DNA of 62,104 nucleotides, the filler included, from Asterionella formosa (taxonomy: Eukaryota): NCBI GenBank assembly GCA_002256025.1. It is 15 parts of 15 records of this genome, joined end to end, with 100 filler letters (N's around TTAATTAATTAA, not from the genome) between each part and the next. Parts side by side here need not be neighbours in the genome. Positions count along the whole stretch, not along the records: positions 8,326 to 12,384 come from NKIB01013747.1; positions 12,485 to 16,546 come from NKIB01013748.1; positions 16,647 to 20,694 come from NKIB01013749.1; positions 20,795 to 24,840 come from NKIB01013750.1; 11 more parts are not named here. One strand, written 5' to 3'. Positions 11,753-22,909 of this stretch are shown here, in pieces. Below the pieces are notes generated by a model. It had not been told where the DNA came from. It made no database searches and worked only from the letters and a program-made list of their open reading frames with translations. Position 1 is the first letter of the stretch; every line of letters begins with the position of its first letter. Both the position numbers and the translations under genes were made by a program.

Positions 11753-11912
11753 CAGTGTCAGGAGTTAACTTCAGGAGAGAAACTGTAGTTATCTAGTATC
11801 GTAGATTTTTAAAGCTTGGTAGCCCCTTTCTTGACTATTTTTGCAATACTGTAGTTATGAATCTACAATACATAACTGCAGTTTCTCTCCAGAAATTAGA
11901 TCCTTACCATAT
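11753..11912. mobile_element. ~160-bp fold-back MITE, copy 2 (TA-CAGTG terminus, Tc1/mariner-like)
   Basis: Inverted repeat GGAGAGAAACTGTAGTTAT...ATAACTGCAGTTTCTCTCC. Begins TA|CAGTGTCAGGAG. Confidence 0.55.
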
Positions 11913-12186
11913 CTGCATATAGAACATACCCGTCGTTTCATATGCTTTCTACAGTTGTTGCACTTACATTGACCACACTGCCAGATATTTAATGGTAATT
12001 TCCTCAAAACAAGCATACCATCATTTTCTTCCTTCCCACCATTGCAACTTTTGGGGTTGTGCATTCTACAATTGAACACAAGTTGCCATTGTTCTACTGC
12101 TATATCCTACTTGAATGTTGAGAATACTAGAGGGTTCGAAGGAAAATGGGTCCTCATGCATCTGCATTTTGCTCGAGATAGCCTTA

Positions 12187-12384
12187 CGGCCGTTCTTATC
12201 ATTCTGTTATTTGTTGTCATTGGTGTATCATCGCCGAAATATGATACAAAAATGGCGGTTTGGTTTTCTTTTGTGTATCACCAACGGTTTTTTTGGTCTG
12301 ATCACCGGTGTATCATGGGTGTATCACTGATACAGTTTTTGGACCCCTGACCAATGCTGTATCACTGATCAAGCCGTTGATCAC
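12187..12384 (+). mobile_element. Left end of a PIF/Harbinger-like element, copy 1
   Basis: Starts TTA|CGGCCGTTCTTATC and has repeated GTATCA(C) subterminal motifs. Homologous to 40765-41010, which starts TAA|GGGCCGTTCTTATC. Confidence 0.55.
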
Positions 12385-12540
12385 NNNNNNNNNNNNNNNN
12401 NNNNNNNNNNNNNNNNNNNNNNNNNNNNTTAATTAATTAANNNNNNNNNNNNNNNNNNNNNNNNNNNNNNNNNNNNNNNNNNNNTATAGAATTACGTGAA
12501 CAAAAATTTAAGGCAATGTGAACTGAATTACAGAATTAAT

Positions 12541-12633
12541 TGAAGTATTTCAAATAATTATGTGAAGTATTTCAAATAATTATGTGAAGTATTTCAAATA
12601 ATTATGTGAAGTATTTCAAATAATTATGTGAAG
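12541..12633. repeat. 22-bp tandem repeat (TGAAGTATTTCAAATAATTATG) x4.2
   Basis: Four exact adjacent units with no spacers. Confidence 0.95.
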
Positions 12634-12832
12634 GTGATCACGTAATAGCTATAGTGATGATCAGGAATGCATGCATGATACTCTGATCAAATAATGAACG
12701 TGATGTATTCAGATAATATATAGATATATTCAAGTAAGCATTTTGATGTATTCAACTAATTCATGTGATCCATTCAAAATCAACTAGGCTTATTTACGTG
12801 ATGGTCACTTCACGTAATACACGGCTTAGATG

Positions 12833-13475
12833 GTGCTGTCAATCGCTCTTGCCTTTGATGAAATTGATTTTTAATTTCATCGAAAACTTGATTGATTCAA
12901 CCTCCATTTCTATGGGGATTAATAAGAACTTGTCGTTGAAAAGTGGGAATGGGTTGGGCTCAGGTCATAGCATGGGCAAACAAACGATGCATGTTCTTCT
13001 GACTGTCTTTGTTTAGGAGTGAAAAGTCGCTCTTGGAGAGCAATACCTCGTTGTGAAAGTTCTGTTGGCCTGATTCGACAATCAAAGGCTTGCTTCTTGA
13101 GAAAAGCTATAATTTCTATGTCTCTGTCACTTTTTTAAAGTTCACTTATGGCATCATCCTTGTCATCAGGAGATGAGGAGAGGTAGACTAAGCCGACATG
13201 CTGGTCAGTGACTGATACTGGTTAAATTATGGAACTCATGTGGATAATGAACAAGAGGCTGCATAACCACCAGGCAAGAGGATGCATCGCTATGAAAATA
13301 TAACTGTTATAAATTAAAGTTAAATTTCTATAAAATGTCAGATGACTAATCCAAAATATCTTGATTATCAGAGCGTGACGACGTTATTAGTACTATGTAT
13401 CAAATCCCCAAAATAATTTGTGTTATAATACACATATGATATAATATTTTTTTGTTATCAGAGCGCGCCCACTAT
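12833..13475. mobile_element. Interspersed repeat, copy 2 of 4289-4915
   Basis: Collinear high similarity with substitutions and small insertions, two of them at TA sites. Confidence 0.65.
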
Positions 13476-14190
13476 AGCAGCATGGGGACTCAGCTGTTAC
13501 TAGATTCTATGTAGGTGTCTATTCCGGATTGAGTACAGGGGTCGTATGAAGTGTGCCAGATACACGATAGCTATCTATGTATCAAGTTGGAAGCTGCACA
13601 ACTAATAGAAAGCGAGCTATCGGTATAGTAGAGGTACCAGGTACCATAGTAATAGCTTGATCGGCCGCAGGCTGAAGATGGCTGCGGAATACCTGGCTAC
13701 CATTGTAGCCCCCATCCCTAGTAGCTAGTCTTATTGCATAACTACCGCTCTCGTTAGTAAAGGCATTGTTACCTGGTACTAGGAGGGTAGGGCGGATTGC
13801 ATCATACAGATGCCGACTTGGTGTGACCTAGACTAAAGGTATCGGAAAAAATAAACTCATCGTTTCTGGCACTGTCGGCATACATGCTCTTGTGCGCTTT
13901 GTCCATTTTGGGAGCAGTTGGATAGGTTGCTGGAGATGCATGGAAACGCAAGTACTATTCTATAATATTACTGGGGTAATAGTGGCTATACAATCTCCAT
14001 CGTTTGCGGTGGATGCTACATAGAGTGAAAACAAAGTTATTAACTTAAGTAATGTTTAAGATCCAGCTTTAGATGGTACATCTAATTTTCTGAATGAAGG
14101 AAAAGGATCTTCCGATGGAAAGAAATCGGTACTCCTGTCGATGAATATAGATTGAGCTACAGAAATTATACAGACAGCGAGCTTAGAAGT

Positions 14191-14252
14191 TGAGTCTTTG
14201 ATTTAATGAGTGGAAATTTCAATTTCCGGTTTGTTTTGTCGCTGAAAGCAAC
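14191..14252 (-). promoter_or_regulatory. H2A 3' element: hairpin, histone-type stem-loop and CAAAGA box
   Basis: Minus strand reads GTTGCT-TTC-AGCGAC AAAACAAACC GGAAAT-TGAA-ATTTCC ACTCA TTAAAT CAAAGA. The same layout follows H2B. Confidence 0.7.
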
Positions 14253-14264
14253 AAGGATGTGAAT

Positions 14265-14645
14265 TTATTTCTTGGTTTCTGTCTTTTTTGGTAGAAGGAC
14301 CGCGTGAATGTTGGGAAGGACACCTCCAGACGCGATAGTAACTCCTCCCAGAAGCTTGTTCAACTCTTCATCGTTCTTGACAGCAAGAGTAATGTGACGA
14401 GGCACAATACGGCTCTTCTTGTTATCGCGAGCGGCGTTTCCGGCAAGCTCGAGAATCTCGGCGCAGAGGTACTCAAGGACAGCTGCTAGATAGACAGGAG
14501 CTCCTGCTCCCATTCGGGTGGCGTATTTGCCCTGACGCAAGTAACGTCCAATACGACCGACAGGGAACTGAAGGCCGGCCTTCGCAGAAGCCGTGGTGGA
14601 CTTCTTCTCTCCGCGTCCTCCCTTTCCTTTACCTTTTCCAGTCAT
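14265..14645 (-). CDS. H2A: Histone H2A
   Basis: [16 protein letters not shown]...[15 protein letters not shown]...RIVPRHI...[15 protein letters not shown]; 126 aa, no intron. Confidence 0.98.
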   Translation of the reverse strand: MTGKGKGKGGRGEKKSTTASAKAGLQFPVGRIGRYLRQGKYATRMGAGAPVYLAAVLEYLCAEILELAGNAARDNKKSRIVPRHITLAVKNDEELNKLLGGVTIASGGVLPNIHAVLLPKKTETKK

Positions 14646-14975
14646 TCTTACGTTGTTTGTAGATTATTGACTTCAAGCTAATTTGTGACCGATGGGAACA
14701 ATTGTCGACAGCAAAATGGAATCACTTTTTCAGCGAGAAAAATAGCTGGCGCGTCGAAAACCCGGATCTCGTACCAGCTCCACACGCGTTCCACACGGCG
14801 CAATTTTTTCAAATATCCAATCTCAAAATAATTCTGGCGCGGTTCGTAGACTCTACGACAAAGTGTTACTACATCTACCCGGTACATCATGCCGGTTCCA
14901 GTCATGTCATTGTGAACCCAAACTGAACTCCCAACTCACAATTTCCATAAGCTCAGCTTAACTTTATTTTCAATC
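14646..14975. promoter_or_regulatory. Bidirectional H2A/H2B promoter region
   Basis: 330 bp between the divergent ATGs. Contains two CTGGCGCG and one ACGCGT (E2F/MCB-like; function inferred). Confidence 0.55.
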
Positions 14976-15400
14976 ATGGCCAAGACACCATCCAAGCAAT
15001 CCGCCAAGGCTCCCAAGAAAGCCTCCACAGGCAAGAAGGGAAAGAAGCGCACTGAATCATACTCTTCGTACATCTACAAGGTCCTCAAGCAGGTTCACCC
15101 TGATACGGGAATCTCCAAGAAGGGAATGTCCATTATGAACTCCTTCATCAACGATATCTTCGAGCGCATCGCCACTGAGGCTGGAAAGCTCGCCACCTAC
15201 AACAAGAAGGCAACTCTTTCTTCCCGTGAGATCCAAACTGCTGTCCGTCTTATGCTTCCTGGTGGTAAGTTCCTCGTGCGTGTTCTCTTAGTTCTACCTT
15301 TCTTTTTTCCAATGCTTACACTTTTTGCCAACAAACAGAGCTTGCCAAGCACGCCGTATCCGAGGGAACCAAGGCTGTCACCAAGTTCAGCAGCGCCTAA
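14976..15400 (+). CDS. H2B: Histone H2B; exons 14976-15264 and 15339-15400
   Basis: [23 protein letters not shown]. Removing a 74-nt GTAAGT...CAG intron (15265-15338) restores [24 protein letters not shown]. Confidence 0.97.
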
Positions 15401-15428
15401 ATCTTAAAATATCACTTTCAATTCAACA

Positions 15429-15486
15429 GTTGCTCTCAGCGACAACACAACCGGAATTTTCTAATTCCACTCAACGAACCAAAGAT
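15429..15486 (+). promoter_or_regulatory. H2B 3' element: hairpin, histone-type stem-loop and CAAAGA box
   Basis: GTTGCT-CTC-AGCGAC AACACAACC GGAATT-TTCT-AATTCC ACTCA ACGAAC CAAAGA. Confidence 0.7.
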
Positions 15487-15899
15487 CATTCTTTCTTTCA
15501 TTTCGGGATGTTGACCTGCGGTTAAAAAATTTCCCGCTTTCGACTGTACTGTATACTTCTTAAGTTGTTTCATTCACTTCACATTCAAGTCAAATAGAGT
15601 CTCAAGTGACGGAATACACTAGTGGTCGATCTACGATTCTGCCTCATAATTCCCACAACGAGGTGGGCACAATTTTGAATAGATTTTGTAGGTAGCTTTT
15701 TTTGTGACTTTTCTTGACCCCGTTTAGCATAACCATTTGATTTTGTATAAAATAAATATAAATTATCATGAACGAATTAACTGGTTCAAATATTATACGG
15801 TACCATTATACATAAGAATATGCCACCGAAAGGGAATACCGGTAAAGTACGGGTAAATGAATGTCCATGATGATCCTTGTCAGAGTGTGTCTGTTAGGC

Positions 15900-16070
15900 T
15901 GTTGATGTCGACAGGTGTCCGAAGACTAGGTAGTCTGAGGAATGTCTAAACGGAAATAGACAGGATTTATATAGCAGAAGAATCTGCAGACGAGCGGCGT
16001 GAGAAAGATCTTGACCGGTCATTCCAGGGCAGTACTGGAGCGCGCTAGAGTAGCGCCATATATTTCAACA
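15900..16070 (-). mobile_element. 171-bp LTR-like element
   Basis: TGTTGA...TCAACA termini and TATATAAA on the minus strand. Directly abuts a Copia gag fragment. Confidence 0.6.
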
Positions 16071-16546
16071 CTTCACATTCTTTCTCTTATTTCGTTGCTC
16101 GGGAGTTAATTCTCTCTTTTCTGTAGTATTGCCCTTGCTTCGGCAATCAACTGCCTTGTGGCCATACTTGCCACACTTCCTGCAGTCTCCCTTAAACTTG
16201 CTTTTTGAAAAGAAGGCCTGCTCGCCATTCTTATTCGTCTTGGTTTCGTCACGCACATACAAATCGTAATAGTCGCGTACATTCTTCTTGACCTCTTGGA
16301 TCGTGAGCTCGGAGCTCGCGAGACCAAATTTTCCAACCACCAAACTCTTGTAGACTTCCGGTAGGTTGTTGATAACATGGGCCACATAGGCACCATCCGA
16401 TATTGCGGAGCTCGTATGACTCAATCGTTCTCGAATTCTATCCAACTCCACAAACCAAATGTCGGGGTTCTCATTCTCGTTAATCGTGCATTTTGTCCAC
16501 TGACCTGACAAGGCAATCACATTTGCCATATTACTTGACTCGTACG
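16071..16546 (-). mobile_element. Ty1/Copia gag fragment with a CCHC zinc knuckle
   Basis: ENPDIWFVELDRIRERL...HVINNLPEVY and CRKCGKYGHKAVDC. Similar to the gag at 22910-23800. Confidence 0.85.
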
Positions 16547-16646
16547 NNNNNNNNNNNNNNNNNNNNNNNNNNNNNNNNNNNNNNNNNNNNTTAATTAATT
16601 AANNNNNNNNNNNNNNNNNNNNNNNNNNNNNNNNNNNNNNNNNNNN

Positions 16647-17054
16647 AAATATGGTATCCCATGTAGACATACTATCTTCGACAAAATGAAGAGCTCTGGA
16701 ACATTCCAAAGCACCGATTTTCACGAGCATTGGATGCTTCAGCATGAGACTTCATCCCCAGCAGCCAATGTCTACTCTCCACGACAGAAGCGGCTGAACT
16801 CAATCCAAGAGACCCTATATTCGGTAGATGCTGATCAAGTTCCCGTTTTATTGCAAAGACTTGAGGAAGCCACTTCTCGACCGTTACAAATGCTTTCAAA
16901 TCCAGTGGTCAGTGTAGTTAGGAAGCGTGGACGTCCTCCAGGCTCTAAGAACCGTGCTAATCAACGAGATAAGTCAAGATTTGAATATGTCAGTGGAAAT
17001 CAATGTGGAAATTGTGGGGTGAATGGGCACAATTCACGTACCTGTCCCAAATGA
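16647..17054 (+). mobile_element. C-terminal part of a Mutator-like (MULE) transposase, 5'-truncated
   Basis: YGIPCRH (end of SWIM finger), FHEHW, KRGRPPGSKN and a terminal CGNCGVNGHNSRTC knuckle. Confidence 0.75.
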
Positions 17055-17083
17055 ATAGATATACTTATTTTTAGTAAATCATA

Positions 17084-17941
17084 TCATATATATCTAGTCA
17101 ATGCAATCTGAACTACACTTTGAATGCTATTAATTGTTAAACAAAGACTCAATTGTAAACACCTGGTAAATTGAATATTTTGATCAATATGTTGTAACAA
17201 AGAAATTACCTTTGCACAATACCTGTTGATGCCACTGTCTACACATCCATCAGTGTTGGGCAATCTATTTTCTTCAGCAGCAGTTTGTGCTGAAAGTCGA
17301 ATGAATATCTCAAGAGAGGAATTGTGGACTAGACTATCAGAAGTTGCTGATACACTGCTGTGTGATTTGGGTGGGCTATCTTTCCATCTTTGTAAAGAAT
17401 GAGTCTCAAACCAGGTTTTCTTAACCATAGAAAATATCCCAAAGCAGTTCGGGATGTTGTAGGAGCTGAACTCGGGAATGGACTTGGATGTTCATCTACA
17501 AACTCATTTCTCAACGAGCTGGCTGTGCTTGTATCTATCGCAATGGAGTCGGGAGTATTTCCTTCAATGTCTCGGACGTTGAGGAACTCTGATGGAGTCT
17601 TTTGGAAAATTGTGTAAATATCTGGAGGGGCGTCAAATGTGAACGTTCCATTGCTGTCTGTCACAGTGGTCATTGCAACAGTTACATTTGGATACTTAAG
17701 CTCAATGGACACACTTCTGATAGGAATGTCCCCGCTATCATTGTTATCAGTATCTTCGAGTACCTGCCCGGCAATGGTGCGTAGTTGTAGCACTGACATT
17801 GCTGGTATGGTCATATAGCGTCACAAGCACTCCGACTAAGTTGGTATCACCACTGTCATTGTTGTCTGTATCCTCCTTGGCACAGCCGGAAATTGAGCCA
17901 AGTTTGGTGAAGTTGGTTTGCTCGCAGTGTTGGATTATCAA
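17084..17941 (-). pseudogene. SdrD B-like repeat protein, frameshifted
   Basis: Two units, ISGCAKEDTDNNDSGDTNLVGVLVTLYD and IAGQVLEDTDNNDSGDIPIRSVSIEL...TTVTDSNGTFTF, lie in different frames. A PSxxP linker follows. Confidence 0.65.
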
Positions 17942-18473
17942 AAAAGGTCCGATGTCTTGTACTCCCCTCTAAGTAAAATCAGTCGTGGCTGTGTACATTG
18001 AGGGGTACGAGACACCAGGTTTTACGGTAGTTTTATTTGTACCAGTATCATATGTGCGAACGACATCAGTTTATTCTATAAATAATTTTATGTACCGGTG
18101 GTAGTTCTTTGCAAATACTTTGATGAACGGAACTCATCTTAATGTCAATATACCAGGCAGGTAGGTAGTGTACAGCCAGTTCCGAACTCCGCACTACGGT
18201 AATCTAACTCAAATTTTACTCCAAAGTACCCTACCGGTAAATAGGTTACTTACTACCTGGTTCCTAGCTTAAGACTACTATTAAGACAAGCTTGCTTACA
18301 AAATTTCACGACCATAGATTTACCTTCACCGCCAACATAAGTACTGTTACTACTTTTATCTTGTAGGACCTTTTTTCATTTGTTCTAACCACTCCTACTA
18401 TGTAAGACAATATAACCACAACACTCCTTTGCGTGGTTTACTATTTGCTAAGACATCATCAGATGCTATACAA

Positions 18474-18518
18474 ATTGCAGATTGCAGATTGCAGATTGCA
18501 GATTGCAGAATGCAGATC
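18474..18518. repeat. Heptamer tandem repeat (ATTGCAG)n, ~6 copies
   Basis: Seen directly. Lies next to the point where the Copia ORF loses homology to the copy at 41513-45553. Confidence 0.9.
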
Positions 18519-18547
18519 AGAACCTTCATCAGTAGAAGCATCAACCG

Positions 18548-20626
18548 GACACTGAAGATGTTGGTGATTGCCTTTTCATTAAACCATACTTCTCCCCATT
18601 TTGGAAGATCAGCCTTAATATTAGTGACCATGGATCCACCATTTGTGGCCAGGTGCATGCTTCCGTTGGTTGCCATTCGAATGTTTTCAACCATTTTTGG
18701 ATTGCAAAAGACTGTGATACTTGATTGATTATCCAATAGTATCCAGTCACGCATCTCAGATGCTTGGTAAAATTGTAGTTTCATATGAGCTCCCGCCCAT
18801 CCAAATTGATTGACATTTGCTTGTTGTGAAGCTTGTGATGATGGCGGGTTGTTGGAATTAACAGAGGTAACTGTACTCGTGTCGGATGTATTAGCCTGCA
18901 CCTGTGCATGGCTTTGTTGGGCCTTGTTGATTGCCCATTCCTCATTGGGTTTATTCTTATCGCGACATGACGGTGATTTATGTCCAGCTCTTCCGCAGCA
19001 GTAACATTTTCCTTCTAACTGTGCGAACGATAAGTTCACATCTTCAACTTCCTTCCTTGTGTCCTTTTGTTCTCTGTCTTTATTAGGGTCCCCTGGTTTC
19101 TTGTGGCTGTTGGGTTTATTTGTTATGTCGAACCTGTGGTGACTGATAACATTATTTGATTCGGTGATACTCTTTGGGTATTGATCATTGCCGAGCGACT
19201 GTTGAGTGTTCAGCCCGGTCATAATTGATCCGTATTTGGCTTTTTCCGCATTATCGAGGTATAAATATGCCATAAATTGACTGAAAGCTTGTTCACGAAA
19301 TTTATCTCGTAGCTTGATGTCGGTCTCGTTGTATCCGTCCATGGCTTCAACAAACTTTGTGAGGATAATGGGTCCTCCCATCTGTGACTTGAGCACATCT
19401 TGTACCAAACGAAATCTCTTGGTGTAGTCTTGTAGACTTTCTCCTTCCTTTTGCTTTGTGAATAAAAGCGTTCTCATCGCATCTAAAATGATCGACATTG
19501 AATATCGATTCTCTTGAAAATTTAGTGCGTGTTCTTTAATTGCCATAAGCAATGCTATTGGGATATTTTTGATCATATTGTAATCGGATCTTGCTTCAAT
19601 TTTGTTCTTTATGGCCTTGTTGCATCTTTCCCAGAGCAAAGCATAGTATGCCTTGGTATTGTTGTTTTCGTAGGCCCGTAGCGTTTTACTGTAGGTGTCA
19701 TAATCAGCCTTAAACTCAATCTCGTATTGCCGATTCTCTGCAGTGCGATCTTCTTCTGTTGTTGCAATGCTCACTTGCATACTTGGCGTCCATGCCATTG
19801 TGCTCATCGGTTCTAATAACTCAAGCGTGGATCCTATGTTGTTGCCATAATCGAAAACTTTCTTGATGTAGTTGATGAAGTACTCAGTAGTAGTCTCATA
19901 ATCAGATGCCTGCTTTGCTGATGCGAGGTAGTAGTTATAGTCATTTACTGACTTCTTGATGGTGTGAGAAGCATTATTGCTCCCTCCCTTGGCTTGAAAC
20001 TTGCCCTAGGCCTGAGCCTTCTTGGTGACCTTTCCTCTGCCACTCATGATGCGCCTTGTGCGACTTCTTCAGACTCTGGATGGTCTGGTACCCTCAAATC
20101 TCGTCTCTGGACTCTCAACGGTCTACCTGTTGTTGATTGTGATCTTACGGCGCTTCCTGGCCGGCTAATTCTACTAAAACTGTTGAAATTGCGTCCCGAA
20201 GCACTCTATGCTTTCTTGTATCCTGTAAGGACACGTCAGGGACCAAATAGGCTGTAGATATGAACAACGATGTTGCAGTTATCGATTGTAATCGTTGCTT
20301 CCTAAGAGTTTTAGTAGAATTATGGGTTTTTATTGCCGATGTAAATTGTTTTCGAATTCTGAGTTTTCTCTGGTACCATATTCTTTTTGATTCATTCGAT
20401 TCAATATGTAGTAGGTAATTCATACTGGGATTTTTCTTTCCTTCAATAATTTTTCCAACATCTGTAGGGCGGTGTGGTATGGTGGTATGGTGGTATTCTT
20501 CTTCGTTTCTTGTACAGAAGGCAGCTTCTCCTAGCGAAGGGGAGGTTGAGACTTGGGAGGAGGCATCTGATTCTTGTTCCTTTTGAGTGTTGTTACAACT
20601 GGTCCGCTAAAGTTGATCGTCAAGAG
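18548..20626 (-). mobile_element. Truncated Ty1/Copia (CoDi-like) element: 5' internal region, gag and protease
   Basis: gag runs from ATG 20047 with one in-frame TAG. Contains CYCCGRAGHKSPSC and protease-like WILLDNQS. Closely similar to 41513-42930; homology ends at TNIFS. Confidence 0.9.
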
Positions 20627-20694
20627 TTAGGGTTAGGGTTAGGGTTAGGGTTAGGGTTAGGGTTAGGGTTAGGGTTAGGGTTAGGGTTAGGGTT
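20627..20694 (+). repeat. Telomeric repeat (TTAGGG) x11.3 running to the contig end
   Basis: Perfect array with the G-rich strand pointing toward the end. Confidence 0.95.
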
Positions 20695-20849
20695 NNNNNN
20701 NNNNNNNNNNNNNNNNNNNNNNNNNNNNNNNNNNNNNNTTAATTAATTAANNNNNNNNNNNNNNNNNNNNNNNNNNNNNNNNNNNNNNNNNNNNACCTCT
20801 TATCATTAGAATGCTGGAAAGCTAGCTGTATACCTGTACCGGTACGCGT

Positions 20850-22645
20850 GTGTTTCGTCCCTACAATGGAAGACGAGTGGTACGAAGACCAATACTGCGC
20901 ATCAAGCAACGGAACGGAGCGCTGGCTTGCGGACACTGGGGCTACCACGCACATCACTAGACTGACAAATACATGACAAACGTCGAAAATGTAAACGTCT
21001 CGGTCATTGTCGGTGACGGTAAAGAGGTGGTATGCACGAAACGAGGTGATATTCTGATTACCAACAAGACGTGTTCCATGTTACTACGCAAGGTACTCTA
21101 CACTCCTCACTTCCACAAGAATATCGTCAGCATCGGGCAATTTGTCAAGAACGGAGGGTGCGAGGCACGCATGAAGGGGTCTGAGTTGAGTCTACATAAG
21201 GAAGGGTACGACAACGAACTAACCTTTTCTTGTGAGGATCAAGGCGTCCTTTACTACTTCAAGGGAAAACGTACCCTACAGTCCGAAACGGTCTTGTCTA
21301 TTCACGACTCGACAACAAACCGTACACCTGATCCTACTCCAACGAATACCAAGACAGTGACGCAACTTCCTACGGCATAAACTACCAAGAAACCAACGCA
21401 AATTGACATCAACGAGGCCCACGACAAATACGGCCACATCAGCGAGGCATCCCTTCGCGCAACGCTAAAGTCCCTCGGTATTGAACCTACGGGCAAGATT
21501 CAGTCGTGTGAAGGCTGCGCACTAGCTAAGGCAAAGGCCAAAGCGGTACCTAAAGTCACGACCCTCAAGGCCTCTACTCCTGCTGAACGATTGTACGTGG
21601 ACATTTCAGGTCCCTACGAGAAATCTCTAATTGGAAGCAACTACTGGATTCTATTCGTGGATCAGTACACAGGCAAGGCATGGAGTTATTTTGTTAACAA
21701 GAAAAGTCTTTTGGCGAGCATCGCAGATGCCCTATTGACTACACTCAAGTCAGCGGGCTATGTAGTACGCTTCCTACGCTGGAAAATGCCGGTGAAAACA
21801 TGACCAGTCTAAGTATCGTCTGCACCACGCAGGGTATTCAGATTGAGTATACTGCCCCCCATACTCCTCAACAGAACTGAGTCGTGGAACGAAATTTTGT
21901 GACAATACAAGACCGAGCATGTGCCTCCATGTTCAGCGCAAAATTGTCAGACGAATACTAGGGGCTACTGTGGACCAAGAGTGTCCACATGCACATGCGA
22001 CTAACGAACTCTGTCGCTAACTCGAATACGGGAAAATGCCCCGATTGGCTTTTCTACGGCTTTCAGCCTAAGATTTATCCTCACCTGATTCAGTTTGGCA
22101 GGGTGGGGTGGGCTACGATTCGGACGCCAAGGCAGAAACTAACCCCAAAAAGTGTCAAATGTGTCATGCTTGGATACAGCCATGACCACGCCGGTGATAC
22201 CTACCGCATGTACAACGTTACAACGAAAAAGGTCTTCAACACAAGAGACCTTAAATGGGCCGACTGGCATGGAAATGCCAAACCCACAGCGGACATGGAC
22301 GAATTCACCACAGACGGATCCGGTATAGACGAGGAATTCGACACTCCTACTAAACCTACCAACGCAATGCCTCCTGACGAGCAAGGGGCTACTACACTAC
22401 TACCAACGAAACAAGACGATCCCAGTACTCCCAAGGGAGTGAGCTTTGCAGATTCCGTCGCAGGTGGTATGAATACGAACGAGCCTCGTACGAATAATGC
22501 TACGAAATCTACAAAGCTCGATCGAGAAATGAATAGGCTATCTACAGGCTTTGTGACCTCACCTACTCCTACTCGTGCAGGCACACGTCAGCAATCATCC
22601 GCAGCACGCACACTAATATTGGATGATGATGTCATTATTCATGAT
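20850..22645 (+). mobile_element. Degenerate Copia pol fragment (protease, GAG-pre-integrase, integrase)
   Basis: WLADTGATTH, HDKYGH...CEGC, YVDISGP...ILFVDQYTG and KCVMLGYS...YRMYN, with several stops and frameshifts. Interrupted at 22646 by another LTR. Confidence 0.88.
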
Positions 22646-22807
22646 TGTTCTACTAAGTGAGTGGAGTTGAGTTGTCAGTTGAGACTTGAATGTCTGACAA
22701 CACAATGAATATCTATATACAAATTTGGGAAGAGAACCTTAATAATTGGTCATGTGAATGATTACAAGATAGATCAAATAAGCTCACAATAAGGTTGGAT
22801 TAGAACA
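22646..22807 (+). mobile_element. 5' LTR (162 bp) of a nested Copia element
   Basis: TGTTCTA...TAGAACA inverted termini. A gag ATG follows ~100 bp later. Confidence 0.75.
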
Positions 22808-22909
22808 GAAGGTTTTATTACACAGAGCTTGTCTAGAAAGAGCTAGCATTGCAGCCAGACTGCAGAAGAATTTAACATGCTTGCAAGCGGATCAACTTCG
22901 TTTTGCAAC

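Noticed and set aside
12541..12633. CRISPR-like repeat
   Set aside because: Units are directly adjacent with no spacers, there are no cas genes, and the context is eukaryotic. It is a minisatellite.
15265..15407. Unusual hydrophobic H2B C-terminus in the ORF track
   Set aside because: Read-through into a 74-nt intron; splicing gives a normal H2B end.
20474..20746. ORF with (LG)n repeat
   Set aside because: It is a translation of the telomeric array.
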